Source: the human T2T-CHM13v2.0 reference genome, Homo sapiens
Length of the DNA: 64,000 nt
NCBI RefSeq assembly: GCF_009914755.1
Contig: NC_060946.1
Reading direction: 5' to 3' (one strand)
Under the pieces are notes generated by a model, which was not told where the DNA came from, did not search any database, and saw only the letters and a program-made list of their open reading frames with translations. Shown piece after piece: positions 12,377 to 25,520 of the stretch. The translations under genes were made by a program, and so were the position numbers. How positions within the stretch are numbered: the stretch's first letter is position 1; every line of letters starts with the position of its first letter.

Positions 12377-13326
12377 CCAAGGAAGCAGATGCGTGAGGCT
12401 GGGCTGCCCCAATGCTCCTTCTGGTGCCTCTCTCTGCTGAGGGAAGTTCTCAAACTCAGTCAGGTTTGGAAAGTCATAGGGAGATTTTCCTAGAGGAGGC
12501 CAGGGAGGTTCCTCTGAACCCTAAGCCTCTTTCATCCTCATCCCCAGCAGAAAAGACATGACAATGACTGTCCTGACGGAATAAAGAAGAGAGATAAGTC
12601 CAGCTGAGGAGTCTGTGTTATGGGATAATCGGAATTTGTACAGCAAAAGAGAAGCTATTCTCAGTATTTCAAGGAGAAATTATTCAACTTGAATAAATTA
12701 GAGTCTAAACCACAGTCTTTCTGAAGCCTATGGAGTGTTATTCATGAAGCAGGTACTAGACACAGGGGATTCTCAGGTGCTACTTCAGAAGCCAGGGTTC
12801 ACCTGCCCCTGGTGGTATGTGCTGAACACCGTGTGATGATCCTCAGTCCTGTCTGGGAAACCCAGAGCTGGGGGTGCTGATGCTCTCAGCTGCCTGCAGC
12901 ACATCTCCAGGTGATTCTCCAGTCCACACCTAACAGCATGTGTTTTACTTCAGGTGTTAGTGTACATGAATCCACCACTCTGACTTCCCAATCTCATGAC
13001 AGTAATTAGTTGTAACTTATTGTGACCTCATGGAGCAACTCTAAAGAAACCATAGAGAGAAAAGGAGTTTTGGAAAATGTGCTCCCTGAAGTGATAGTAG
13101 TGATGGGGAATTGACAGCTGACGGGGAAGTAAGGTGACTCTTTCCACAAGGCTCAACATTTTGCCAGTTACGAATTGTTGCAAAATACATTTGAATGTGC
13201 TTTCAAGTATTAACAGTTTGGGGTCATAGCTGAAAAACTTTATTAAGTCACAGATAAAATGGGAAAATCAGGAAATTGTATGAAATATACAATAACACTG
13301 TGTGTGATGGCTCAGGTCTGTAATCC

Positions 13327-13778
13327 TGTGATAGTTAATACAGATTGTCAACTTGATTACATTGAAGGATGTAAGCATTGCTCCTGGGTGTGTCTGTGAG
13401 GGTGTTGCCAAAGGAGATTAATATTTGAGTCAGTAGTCTGGGGAAGGCAGACCCCCTACTTAATCTATGGGCACCATTTCATCAGCTGCCAGTGAATATA
13501 AAGCAGGCAGAAAAAAAGTGAAAAAGTGAGTCTGGCCCAGCCTCCCAGCCTACATCTCTCTCCCGTGCTGGATGTTTCCTACCCTTGAACATCGGACTCC
13601 AAGTTCTTTAGTTTTGAGACTCGAGCTGGCTCTCCTTACTCCTCACTCCTCATGCCTGCAGACAGCCTACTGTGGGACCTTGTGATCCTGTAAGTTAATA
13701 TGTAATAATATGTAATAAACCCATATATATATATAGAACTTATTAGTTCTGTCCCTCTAGAGAACCCTCACTAATACA
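13327..13778 (+). mobile_element. MLT2A (probably MLT2A1) 5' LTR of HERV-L
   Basis: TGTGATAGTTAATAC...CCCTCTAGAGAACCCTCACTAATACA, followed by the internal start 'gattttggtaccagg'. Confidence 0.92.
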
Positions 13779-16700
13779 GATTTTGGTACCAGGAATGGTT
13801 CTGCAGGAACAGAATATTAAGGTTGGAGTTCTTTTGATGGTTTTGGGGTTTCTGGATTTGGCTGCTAAATATGATTAGATCCCAAAATGCTAAGGACTCT
13901 ACTTTTAATAGTGTAGAGAACATTGACAGTTCTTGGCATGAAAGGTTTAAAGAGCTATGCAAAACAAATTCATTCGACACTAATGAATCATCGCTCGTGA
14001 GAGGCAAGGAGTTTAGTGACTCTGTACCTAATACCCTTGGCAAACACCTTGCAAAATAGATTTGTGAGGACAGCACCTGCATCTTTGAAGAGCCCTGTAA
14101 AGGCTCTTCTCTGTATGTCAGTTCTAATGGTGAGAACTGCAGTCACTCAGTTACAAAAGTTAAATACAATTTGGAATAATTGGATCCTGAAGTGGCAGGG
14201 GCCAAGTGGTAGCACTCAACCCTCAAAGGCACGGTGGGTGTAGCTACCGTAATGGGCAGAAAAGACAAAGCAGCAATCTGAACAGTCTGACTCATGTAGA
14301 GCTCTGGCATTGGCTAACTAATCACAGTGTTCCTAGAAGTGAAACTGACAGGAAGACTAATGCATTCCTACTTAATTTATGTAAGGAGGAAACTTAAGGT
14401 CAAACAGATAAAAGACTAATTGGAATTATAAAAACAGAGATTCATGGCCCCTCAATCAATTTCCAGCCTTGAGCCAGTTTACAGACCCAGAACCTCTTGA
14501 ATGAAGGGGAGGCTGGGTCCCCCTGAGGTGTCCATGGCAGATAGGAATGCTGCTTTGAGGCTTTGGCAGGCCTCCATAGGTGAATCATGGTGGAGGCCTC
14601 TAGTATTTTGCAGCAAGGCCTGGTCATCTTCTCCAGTTAACTACTCTCCTTTTGAGAGACAGCTCTTGTCCTATACTGGGCTTTTGTGGAAACTGAATAT
14701 TTGACTATGAGTCAACAAGTCACCATGCGACCTGAACTGCCTATCGTGAACTGGGTGCTTTCTGACTCATGTAGCCATAAAGTGGGTCATGCACAGCAGC
14801 ATTGCATCATCAAATGGAAATGGTGTATAAGTGATTGGGCTCAAGCAGGTCCTGGGGGGCACAAGTAAGTTACATGAGGAAGTGGCTCAAATGCCCACCC
14901 TGCCACCCTGCCTTCTCTCCCACGGCCTGCACTGATGACCTCATGGGGACTTGCCTTTGAGCAGTTAACACAGGAAGGGAGGACTAGGGCCTGGTTCACA
15001 GATGGTTCTCCACAATAGGCAGGTACCGCCCAAAAGTGGGCAGCTGAAGCACTACAGCCCCTTTCTAGGACATCCCTGAAGGAGAGTGGTGAAGGACAAT
15101 CTTCCCAGTGGGCAGAACATTGAGCAGTGCACCTGATTGTGCACTTTGCATGGAAGGAGAAATTTCCAGATGTGCGGTTATATACTGATTCATGGGCTGT
15201 AGCCAATGGTTTGGCTGGATGGTCAGGGACTTGGAAGAAGCATGATTGGAAAATTGGTGACAAAGAAACTTGGAGAAAGAGTATGTAGATGGACCTCTCT
15301 GAGTGGTCAAAAACTGAAGATATTTGTACCCTGTGTGAGTGTTGACCAACAAGTGACTTCAGCAGAGGAGGATTTTGATAATCAAGTGGATAAGATGACC
15401 CGTTCTGTGGATACCACTCAGCCTCTTTCCTCAGACACCCCTGTCATTGTCCAATGAGCCCATGAACATAGTGGCCATGGTGTCAGGGATGGAGGCTATG
15501 CATGGATTCAGCAATGTGGACTTCCACTCACCAAGGCTGAACTGTCTGTGGCCACTGCTGAGTGCTCAATTTGCCAGCAGCAGCAGAGACTAACAGTGAA
15601 CCCTTTGTATGGCATCATTCCCTGGGGTGATCGACCAGCTACCCGGTGACAGGTTGATTATATTGGACCTCTTCCACCATGGAAAGGAGAGAGGTTTGTC
15701 CTCATTGTAACAGGCACTTACTCCGGATATGAGTTTACCTACCTGCATGCAATGCTTCTGCCAAGACTACCATTTATGGACTCAAGGAATGCCTTATCCA
15801 CTATCACGGTATTCCACACAGCATTACCTCTGACCAAGCACTCACTTTACAGGTGAAGAAGTGAGGCAATGGGCTCACGTTCACGGAATTCACTGGTCCT
15901 ACCATATTCCCCATCTTCCTGAAGCAGCTGGATTGATAGAATGGTGGGACGGCCTTTTGAGGTCGCGATTACAACGTCAACTAGGTTACAATACTTGGCC
16001 GGGCCGGGGCACCATACTCCAGAAGACCATGTGTGCTCTGAATCAGCGCCCAATGTATGGTATTGTTTCTCCCATAGCCAGTATTCACAGATCCAGGATT
16101 CAAGGGGTGGATATGAAAGTGGAACCACTCACTATGATGCACTAGCAAAATGTTTGCTTTCTGTTCCCACGACATTAGGTTCTGCTTTACTAGTCATCTT
16201 AGCTCCAGAGGGAAGAACGTTGCTACCAGGAGACACAATAAGGATTCCATTAAACTGGAAGTTAAGATGGCCACTTGGATGCTTTGGGGTCCTCCTACCT
16301 TTAAGTCAACAAGCTAAGAATGGAGTTACAGTGTTGGCGGCAGTGATTGACCCAGACTATCAAGATGAAGTCAGTCCGCTACTCCACAACGGAAGTGAGG
16401 AAGAGTATGCATGGAATATAGGAGATCCATTAGGGCATCTCTTGGTATTATCATGCACTCTGATTAAGGTAAATGGGAAACTATACCCAATCCAGGTAGG
16501 ACTACAAATGGTCCAGATCCTCTCCGGGTCACCACCTGCTGAGCTGCTTGCTGAAGGCAAAGGGAATACAGAATGAATAGTGGAAGAAAGTAGTTATCAA
16601 TACCAGCTACGACCACCTGACCAGCTGCAGAAATGAGGACTGGAACTATCATGAGTATTTCCTTCTTCTTTTGTTAAAAACATGTTTGTGCATGTATGCA

Positions 16701-16953
16701 CTTGTACTAAGAAAATATCTTCATTTCATTTCCCTTTTCTTTATCAGGTGACATAGATTTGCTCACCTCATATCAGCATTTAAGTATTGTTTACTTTATG
16801 TAATAGTATTTGGGTTGGGGATTGGTGCATTTCCAGTTGTAGGAAGGATAGTTTATTATGTTGGGGTAATTATGACCTAACTATTGTCTGTATTTTAAGA
16901 TTATGTATGATCTCAGGAGATGTGTGTGGGTTCAAGTTCACAAGGGGTGGGCT
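13779..16953 (+). mobile_element. HERV-L internal region, deleted and frameshifted (gag/pol remnants, integrase, dUTPase)
   Basis: RT/RNaseH-like pieces (NYSPFERQLL; QVTMRPELPIVNWVLSD), integrase-like piece (QWAHVHGIHWSYHIPHLPEAAGLIEWW), PPT 'acaaggggtgg' before the 3' LTR; only ~3.2 kb long. Confidence 0.92.
16150..16480 (+). pseudogene. HERV-L dUTPase remnant
   Basis: Within ORF 15941..16576: LAPEGRTLLPGDTIRIPLNWKLR...GVTVLAAVIDPDYQDEV...IGDPLGHLLV; motif III-like VIDPDY downstream of integrase, as in ERV-L. Confidence 0.85.
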
Positions 16954-17875
16954 TGTGATGGTTAATAATGAGTGTCAACTTGATTGGATTGAAGGACGTA
17001 AAGTATTCATCCTGGGTGTGTCTGTGAGGGTGTTGCCAAAAAAAGATTAACATGTGAGTCAGTGGGCTGGGAAAGGCAGACCTACCCTTAATCTGTGTGG
17101 ACACAATCCAATCAGCTGCCAACCCAGCCATACTATAAGCAGGCAGAAAAATGTGAAAAGAGACGGGCCTCGCCTCCCAGCCTACATCTTTCTCCCATGC
17201 TGGATGCTTCTTGCCTTCGAACATGGACTCCAAGTTCTTCAGTTTTGGAACTCTGGCTGGCTCTTTTTGCTCCTCATCCAGCAGATGGCCTATTGTGAGA
17301 CTTGGTGATTGTGTGAGTTAATACTTAATAAACTTCCTGTATTAGACAGTGACATCTAGAGGGACAGAACTAACAGGATATATACATATATATATACACA
17401 CACACACACATACATATATATATGCACACACACACACATATATATATTTATTTATAAAGAGGAGTTTATTAACTTACAGGATCATAAGTTACACAATGGG
17501 CTGTCTGCAAACTGATGAGAAAGGAGAGCCATGGAGTCCAATGTTTGAGGGCAGGAAGAAACCAGCATGGGAGAAAGATGTAGGCTGGGAGGCTAGGCCA
17601 GTCTCTCCTTTTCAAATTTTTCTGCCTGCTTTATATTTGCTGGCAGCAGATTAGATTGTGCCCACCAGATTAAGGGTCGGTCTGCCTTCCCCAGCCCACT
17701 GACTCAAATGTTAATCTCTTTCGGCAACACTCTCACAGACACACCCTGGATCAATACTTCATATCCCTCAATCCTATCAAGTTGACACTCATTATTAACC
17801 ATGTCACTCCCTTTCATATATATATATGTATATAGTCCTTTAATTCTGTCACTCTAGAGAACCCTGACTAATACA
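16954..17875 (+). mobile_element. MLT2A 3' LTR, split by a nested insertion (16954-17337 and 17807-17875)
   Basis: Starts TGTGATGGTTAATAATGAGTGTCAAC, breaks after AATAAACTTCC, and resumes CTCCC...CTCTAGAGAACCCTGACTAATACA. Confidence 0.92.
17338..17806 (-). mobile_element. Solo MLT2A LTR inserted antisense into the 3' LTR
   Basis: Reverse complement of a near-complete LTR (tgtattag...tctagagggacagaact through to caagttgacactcattattaaccat); flanked by CTTCC/CTCCC, a near 5-bp TSD. Confidence 0.9.
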
Positions 17876-18139
17876 TCTACACTTCTGATGATCTATTTCT
17901 TTTATTTTAGGTCATTTATTTCCCCTGGGTTGCCTACACTCGCTTCTTCCCACTCCCCTATGAAGGACAATATAAGCCTCTGGACCTCACTAGGTCAGGG
18001 CATGTCCCTGCTTGCACTATCCATGACACTTTCCTCTTTTACTCTTTAGCAATGAGGGAATGTCATCCTTACCCAGATGCCAGCCAACTGTCTCACATCC
18101 AGGACAGAGAGTCTCCATCTCCTCTCCAGCAAATAACCA

Positions 18140-18285
18140 TGTATGTGTGCATGGTGGCATGCCCCTGTGATCCCAGCTACTCCACAGGCTTAGGGGGGAG
18201 AATCACTTGTGCTTCAGAATTCAAGGTTGCAATGAGCCATGATCACACCACTGCATTTCATGCTGGGTAACAGAGAGACCCTGTG
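18140..18285 (+). mobile_element. Old Alu monomer (FLAM/FRAM-like)
   Basis: 'atggtggcatgcccctgtgatcccagctac...caaggttgcaatgagccatgatcacaccactgca'. Confidence 0.75.
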
Positions 18286-18402
18286 ATTTTTCCCCTACAT
18301 TTTACAGAATTTTTTTTTTGCCTCTTTCTTCTATTAATTTATGTTTTGTCCATTCATTTTCTGCAAACCTTTAGAGGGCAAATAGGAAGTTTCCCTTTAT
18401 AA

Positions 18403-18720
<318 letters not shown>

Positions 18721-19499
18721 ACCATTGCCTCACTGAATTAAAGGCGTGTTCAGCAGTTTCTTTGTTATTTCAAAGAGTGGCATCTGCTTCAGCAGGGTCA
18801 GTTTTTAATGTGTTTGTTTTGTTTCTTTTTTCTCTGTCTGGTGTTCTTTTCTATTTTATTATAATTTTTTTAAATTTGAGGGATGAGGTTTTCATAGTAC
18901 TGAATATCAAACAATGAATCCGCATGAATGATTCACCTAATTTCCTTGGTTTTAGTCCTCTATACAGGTTTTATATAGCAAAAGAACCATTTAAAGACTT
19001 GGGTTACAAATGCATTTTATTTTACCTCTGGCATGCCTTGGGCTGAGAAAGCATTATATGGTGGCACAATATTTGTAACATTCTCATAGCCATCTGGTGG
19101 TGGTTCGAGGTATGACGTTTTGAAAATCTAGCAAGAATTAAAAATATGTCAAGTTAGAGAGAATAATTCCAGATTATTATTAAGATATAATTCATTTTGC
19201 CCCAAGTATATACTTCAGATTAAGCATCCTGGAACTAGGTTCTATAATTAAATAGATAAATTACACTGACAACAATGAGAAAGGGCCTTATCATTATTAT
19301 TGTCTTCCTAATAATAGAAACTTTTATAAATGCATGCAATCCCAGGTAACCAAAAGTTTCCTTATAAAGTGTAACAGCAGAGCTTCAAAGGTGGCACTTT
19401 GGCAATCCTCTTTTTTTGACTATGCCTTTTCAGCTTCGTTTGTGGGCTCCTTTTCTTTCATCTTTATTTAAATAATATTTCCCTATGTTTTATCCCCAG

Positions 19500-20470
19500 C
19501 CCATTGCTTGCCTCTGTACTGCCTCCCTGCGAGACTTCATTAAGTATCAGAATTTTACCAATAGCTCATATGCTTATGATGCTTACCTTTTCAGATTCGT
19601 ATATTTAAATGTTTTGTGGTTATTTCATCCTGGATGTCCAAACTCAACATGTTAAAATTCAAATTTATCATCTCTCACCCCGGGCCTGCTTTTGGTCTGC
19701 ATTACCTACCTCTATTAATAGCTTCAGTCATTAGCCACCGACACCAGACAGTCTCGGAGTCATCCTGAACTCTATCTTCCCCTCCTTCCCCAAGTCAATC
19801 ACTAATCAAGTCCTGCTAATACATTTCCTTACTATTGCTGAAATCCATCCCTCTTCCTCATTCCTACTAACATCCTAATTTAAAACTTTATTATCTTTTA
19901 CCTGGACTATTGTCTTAAGACAACAACTTTAACCCGTTGCTTAGCCTAGGTGTAATCCACAGAGGATCTTGTCTGTCTAAAATGCCCCTCTAGCCACATC
20001 CTTCCCCTGCTCAGATCTTGTCATTGGCTCCCATGAACTGAAGTTGAAGTTTAAGCTCCTTAGGACAGCATACACGCCCTTCTATGATATGTTCCCAGAA
20101 CATATTTACTGGTTTATCTCATACCTTGGCCCACTTTGTATTTTACACTTTTGAAATACAGAAAGTCATTACATTCTCCCAATAATACTAAGATAGTATA
20201 TGCCTAAAAGCCTTTGGCAATATTTTGTCTTTTGTTGAGAATTCTCTTAGCTTATTTTGTCACGTGTTTAACTCCTTATGTCCTTTCATGACTCACATGT
20301 CAAGACTTCAGGAAACCTTCTCTAACTCCCAGGCTGGGCTGAGTGACCCTTTTCTGGGTAAGTAATGAACTCTAATCATACTCTTCATAGCACTTACCAT
20401 ACTAATTTGAAGTCTGAAGTATTCCATTGTCTGCCTCACTTTACTTAGACAAAGGAACCATGTCCTAGTC
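19500..20470 (+). mobile_element. L2 LINE remnant
   Basis: 'ctggatgtccaaactcaacatg...ggagtcatcctgaactc...caagtcctgc...cctggactattg'. Confidence 0.65.
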
Positions 20471-20865
20471 TCATTCTGGCCTCAGGACTTCAGCCTGGGT
20501 GACAGTGGGAGACTGTGTGTCAAAAAAAAAAATTGCCAATGATTGAAGCCTAATACTGAAGATTCTGGTTTATTAATAATTAGTCTGTTGCTGGGTGTTA
20601 ATTGAGCTCCCCAAGTGATTACTCATGTAGGACTTCAAACCAATAATTTAGAACCTTGTGACTCAAAATCTGGGCAAAAATAAGCAGCATCAGTATCACC
20701 TGGGAGCACCTTCAGATCTCACTTTAGATTTACTCTGAATCAAAATATTATATTTTTATTAAAAAAATTAAGAACAGATGACAAGCTTCAACTACGTCTA
20801 AATTCTTTAGATTTACTTTAAAAGAATCAACATTTTGACACAATACCAAAGTGAACTAAATTTGC

Positions 20866-21163
20866 TTTTTTTTTTTTTTTTTGAGACAGAGTCTTGCTCT
20901 GTTGCCCAGGCTGGAGCGCAGTGGTGCAATCTCGGCTCACTGCAACTTCCACCTCTCCAGTTCAAGCGATTATCTTGCCTCGGCCTCCAAAGTAGCTGGG
21001 ATTACAGGCACATGCCATCATGCCCAGCTAATTTTTGTATTTTTAGTAGAGACAGTGTTTCACAATGTTGGGTCAGCTGGTCTCGAACTCCTGACCTCAA
21101 GTGATCTGCCCGCCTTGGCCTTCCAAAGTGCTAAGATTATAGACATGGGCCACCATGCCTAGC
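20866..21163 (-). mobile_element. AluS (Sx/Sz-like)
   Basis: Poly-T plus antisense dimer; TSD ctaaatttgctt on both sides. Confidence 0.92.
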
Positions 21164-21276
21164 CTAAATTTGCTTTAATTTGGAGAAGTACTGGTCTAGA
21201 AAACACAAATTCCAAGGAGACTGAGGTTCTTAAGTTGATTTCTTGAGTACAAGTCCTTCAAATGCATTCTCCAAGA

Positions 21277-23523
21277 TTTTTTTTTTTTAATTTTTAAATT
21301 GACAAAGATTATACATATTCATGGCTATATGGGGATGTTTCAGTACATGTAGATGGTGATCAGATCAGGGTAATTAGCATATCTATCATCTCAAACATTT
21401 ATTATTTCTTTGTGTTGGGAACATTCAAACTACTCCTAGGTATTTTAAACTACATAATATAGTATTGTTAACTATAGTCATCTACAGTACTATAGAACGC
21501 TAGAACTTATTACTCCTACCTAGCTGTAATTTTGTATCCATTAACAAATCTTTACTATTCCTCCTTTCTCCCTACCCTTTTCAGCCTGCATTATCCTCTG
21601 TTCTACTTTTTACTTCTACGAGATCAACTTTTTTTTAGCTTCTGCGTGAGTGAGAACATGTGGTGTTGAAATTTCTATTCCTGGCTTATTTTGCTTAACA
21701 TAATATTCTCCAGTTCCATCCAAGTTGCTGAGAATGACAGGATTTTATTTATTCTTTTTTAAGGCTAAATAGCATTCCGTGGCGTATATATACCATATTT
21801 TAAAAATCCATTCCTCTGTTGTTGGAAACCTAGGTTGATTCCATATCTTGGCTATTGAGAACACTGTTGCAATAAACATGGGGGATGTAGATGTCTCTGC
21901 AATATAATGCTTTTCTTTCCTTTGGATAAATTCCCAGTAGTGGGATTGCTTGAGGTGTTTCAATACTGTTCTCCATACTGGCTGCACTAATTTACATTCC
22001 TACCAACAGTGCATAAGAGTTCCTTTTTCTCCAGCTACTCAGGAGGCTGAGGGAGGAGAACTATTTGAACCCTAGAAGCAGAGGGAGCCAGATTACACCA
22101 CCACTGCACTCCAGCCTGGACAGAGAGTGAGATTCTGTCAAAAAAAAGGTCCCTTTTCTTCACGTCTTTGTCAGCATTTGTTATTTTTGTCTCTTCTATA
22201 ATAGCCATCCTAACTGGAGTAAGATGATGCCTCACTGTGGCTTTGATTAGCATTTCCTTGCTGATTAGTGGTGTTGAACATTTTTTCATATATTTGTTGG
22301 TCATTTGTATGTCTTCTTTTGAGAAATGTCTGTTCAGAGCATTTGTTTATATTTAATTAGATTGTTGTGCTTCTTTGCTGTTGATATGTTTGAATTCCTT
22401 GTATATTCTTGATATTAATTTCCTGCCAGATGAGTTTATATTTTCTCCCATTCTGTAGGTTGTCTTTTCACTCACTTTATTATTTCCTTTGCTGTGCAGA
22501 AGATTTTTAGCTTGATGTGATCCCATTTGTTTATTTTTTCTTTTGTTGCCTGTGCTTTTGATACCTTATTCATAAAATATTTTCCCAGAGCAATGTCCTG
22601 AAGGATCTCCCCTATGTTTTCTTCTAGTAGCTTTACCATTTTGGGTCTTATATTTGGGTATTTGAGGTACTTTGAGTTGATTTTTGTATAGGGTGAGAGG
22701 CAGAGGTCTAGTTTCATTCTTCTGCATATGGATATCCAGTTTTTCCAGCACCATTTATTGAAGAGACTATCCTTTCCCCAATGAGTGTTCTTGGCATGTT
22801 TGTAAAAAATCCGTTGGCTGAGATATGTGGATTTTCTGGGTTCTTTATTCTATTCCATAGGTCTATGTGTCTGTTTTTATGCCAATACCATGATGTTTTG
22901 GTTACTACAGTTTTGTAGTATATTCTGAGATCTGGTAGCATGATACATCCAGCTTTGTTCTTTTTGCTTAGGATGGCTTTGGCTATTCAGGATATTTTTT
23001 GATTCCATAAAATCTCTTTGGATTTTTTTTTAATTTTGTGAAGAATGTTCATAGGTATTTTGATAGAGATTGCATTGAATCTGTAGGTTACTTTTGAGTA
23101 GTACTGTCACTTTAACAACATTCATATTTCTGATCCATGAGTGTGAATGTCTTTTCATTTGTTTGATTTGTTTGTATCCTCTTCAATTACTTTCATTAGT
23201 GTTTTGTAGTTTTCATTTTACCTCCTTGGTTACATTTATGTCTGGGTTATTTTTGGTAAGTATTGTAAATGGGTTTGCCTTCTTAATTTCTTTTTCAGCG
23301 AGTTTGTTGTTCATAAATATAAATGCAACCAATCTTTGTGTATTAGTTTTGTGTCTTGCAACTTCATTGAATTTGTTTGTTCTAAAAGTTTTCTGGTAGA
23401 GTCTTCAGGTTTTCCTATATATAAGATCATGTCATCTGCAAATAGGAACAATTTGATGTCCTCCTTTCCGATCTGAATGCCCTTTATTTCTTTCTCTTGT
23501 CTAATTACTCTTGATAGGACTTC
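21277..23523 (-). mobile_element. L1MA 3' portion (ORF2 end and 3' UTR)
   Basis: Minus-strand ORF2-like peptides ([16 protein letters not shown]; [26 protein letters not shown]) and an L1MA-type 3' UTR. Confidence 0.9.
22031..22147 (+). mobile_element. 5'-truncated Alu right arm nested in L1MA
   Basis: 'ccagctactcaggaggctgagg...ccactgcactccagcctgg...aaaaaaa'; degenerate TSD. Confidence 0.85.
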
Positions 23524-23763
23524 ACATTTATATACTTTGAATATTTAAAATGTTTACATAAATGTCAGAATCAACTTTCATTTTTCATAGAAAAAGAAGA
23601 CCCTACTTGTTTTGTAGTTTTAATATTAATCAATTATTATCTGAGACAAATTATTTAACAAATTAAACTGTCTATTAAAATATTTCACCACAAATAAATT
23701 CCATAAGGAAAATATCTACAACTGTTTTTATGAAAGAAAAAAAGGCTTCTCTACAGTTGCTTA

Positions 23764-24055
23764 GGCCTGGTGCCATGGCACACACCTATAAATCCCAGCG
23801 CTGTGGAAGGCCATGGCAAGAGGATCCTTTGAGCCCAGGAGTTTGAGACCAGCGTGGACAACAAAGTGAGACCTCATCTCTATAAAAAATAAAAAAGAAA
23901 TTAGCTGGCCATGTTGGTGCGTGCCTGTGGTCCTAGCTACTCGAGAGGCTTAAGAAGGAGGATCACTTGAGCCAGGGAGGTGGAGGTTTCACTGAACCAT
24001 ATTCACGCCACTCCACTCCAGCCTGGGCAACAGAGCTAGACCTTGTCTCAAAAAA
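23764..24055 (+). mobile_element. AluJ
   Basis: Diverged dimer with 'ggatcctttgagcccaggagtttgagacc'. Confidence 0.85.
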
Positions 24056-24134
24056 TTAAGTTAGTTAAATTAAACATAAAGTTGCATTGTATTTAAGAAA
24101 TTGGGAAAGCAGAAAATGCTTCTGTTTTTCTTTT

Positions 24135-24372
24135 GAGTTGAACAATGAGAACACATGGACACAGGGAGGGGAACATCACATACCGGGACCTGTCAGGGGG
24201 GTGGGAGGCTCAGGGAGTGATAGCATTAGGAGAAATACCTAATGTAGATGATGGGTTGATGGGTGCAGTAAACCACCATGGCATGTGTATACCTACGTAA
24301 CAAACCTCCACGTTCTGTACATGTATCTCAGAACTTAAAACGTAATAATAACAATAATAAAAACGACAAAAA
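24135..24372 (+). mobile_element. L1PA (about PA7/PA8) 3' UTR fragment
   Basis: 'gaacaatgagaacacatggacacagggagggg...gatgggttgatgggtgcagtaaaccaccatgg'. Confidence 0.88.
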
Positions 24373-24769
24373 AAGGAAACGCTTCTTGTTAGAACAGATT
24401 ACATACCCTCATTGCTTTTTATAATAGCCTGTAATAACAGAATATCCACAAGGTGGCAGTAATATATCAGTTTCATCCTCTGAAATTAAAACTTTTGCCT
24501 ATTCAGTAATACAATGGATCTTTTGAACTCACTCTAACAAGTAGAATACAGCAATTTGACTTAATAATTAGCCTTTAAATTTATAGTCTTGTATTATCAC
24601 TTTAGTGGTTTGAATTATTTTGTATTTTAATATATTTAAATGAATTAGTCCTATACAAATTGACTAATTTGACATGTGAAGGTGTTTTTATTCTATCTTC
24701 GGAAGTTTAGCTTTAAAAAAATTTCTAAACTTCGATATCTGGTGAGTGCCAATGTTTTTATCTTATTAA

Positions 24770-25520
24770 AAGGTGACAGACCACACTATATTCAACTGAT
24801 TTTTTTTTTACAAGGATGCAAAATCAGTTTAAAGGAAGGATATCTTTTTCAACAAATGGTGCTAGAGCAATTGGACATTCACAGGTACAAAAACTAAGAC
24901 TGACCTAAATTTATACTTTATATAAAATTTAGCTCACATAAATCACAGGCTTAAATGTAAAATGCAATATTATAAAACTTAAAGTTGTGTATGGTAGCTC
25001 GTGCCTGTAATCCCAGCTACTACTCAAGTGGCTGAGGTGGAAGGATCACTTCAATCCAGCAGTTAGTGGCTGCAGTGAGCAATGATGACACCACTGCACT
25101 ACAGCTTTGGTGAAACCTCGTCTCAAAAATAATTAATAAATAAATAAATTGATTAAACTTTTTAAAATAGAAGAAAACTCTTGAGACCTTGGGCTAGGCA
25201 AAGAATTTTTAGGCTTGATGTTGAAAACAAAATCTATAGAAGGAAAAAGTGATAAAACTGGACTTCATTAAAATAAATAAACACTTTTTTTTTTTTTTCA
25301 CTTAGACCCTGTAAAGAGGTTGAAAAAATGAATTACAGACTGGGAGAAATAATTTGCATACCATATATCTGACAAAGAACTTACATCTAGCATATGTAAA
25401 AAATTCTCAAAACTCAACAGTAATAAATAAGGTATCCAATTAGAAAATAGGCATATGTGACCTCTCTGTATTATAACTTAAACCTCATGTGACTACAATT
25501 ATTTCAAATGAAATAAACAC
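24770..25520 (+). mobile_element. Old L1M ORF2 fragment with a nested Alu monomer (~24985-25150)
   Basis: 'ctttttcaacaaatggtgctagagcaattggac' (LFQQMVLEQLDIH) and 'cagactgggagaaataatttgca'. Confidence 0.75.
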
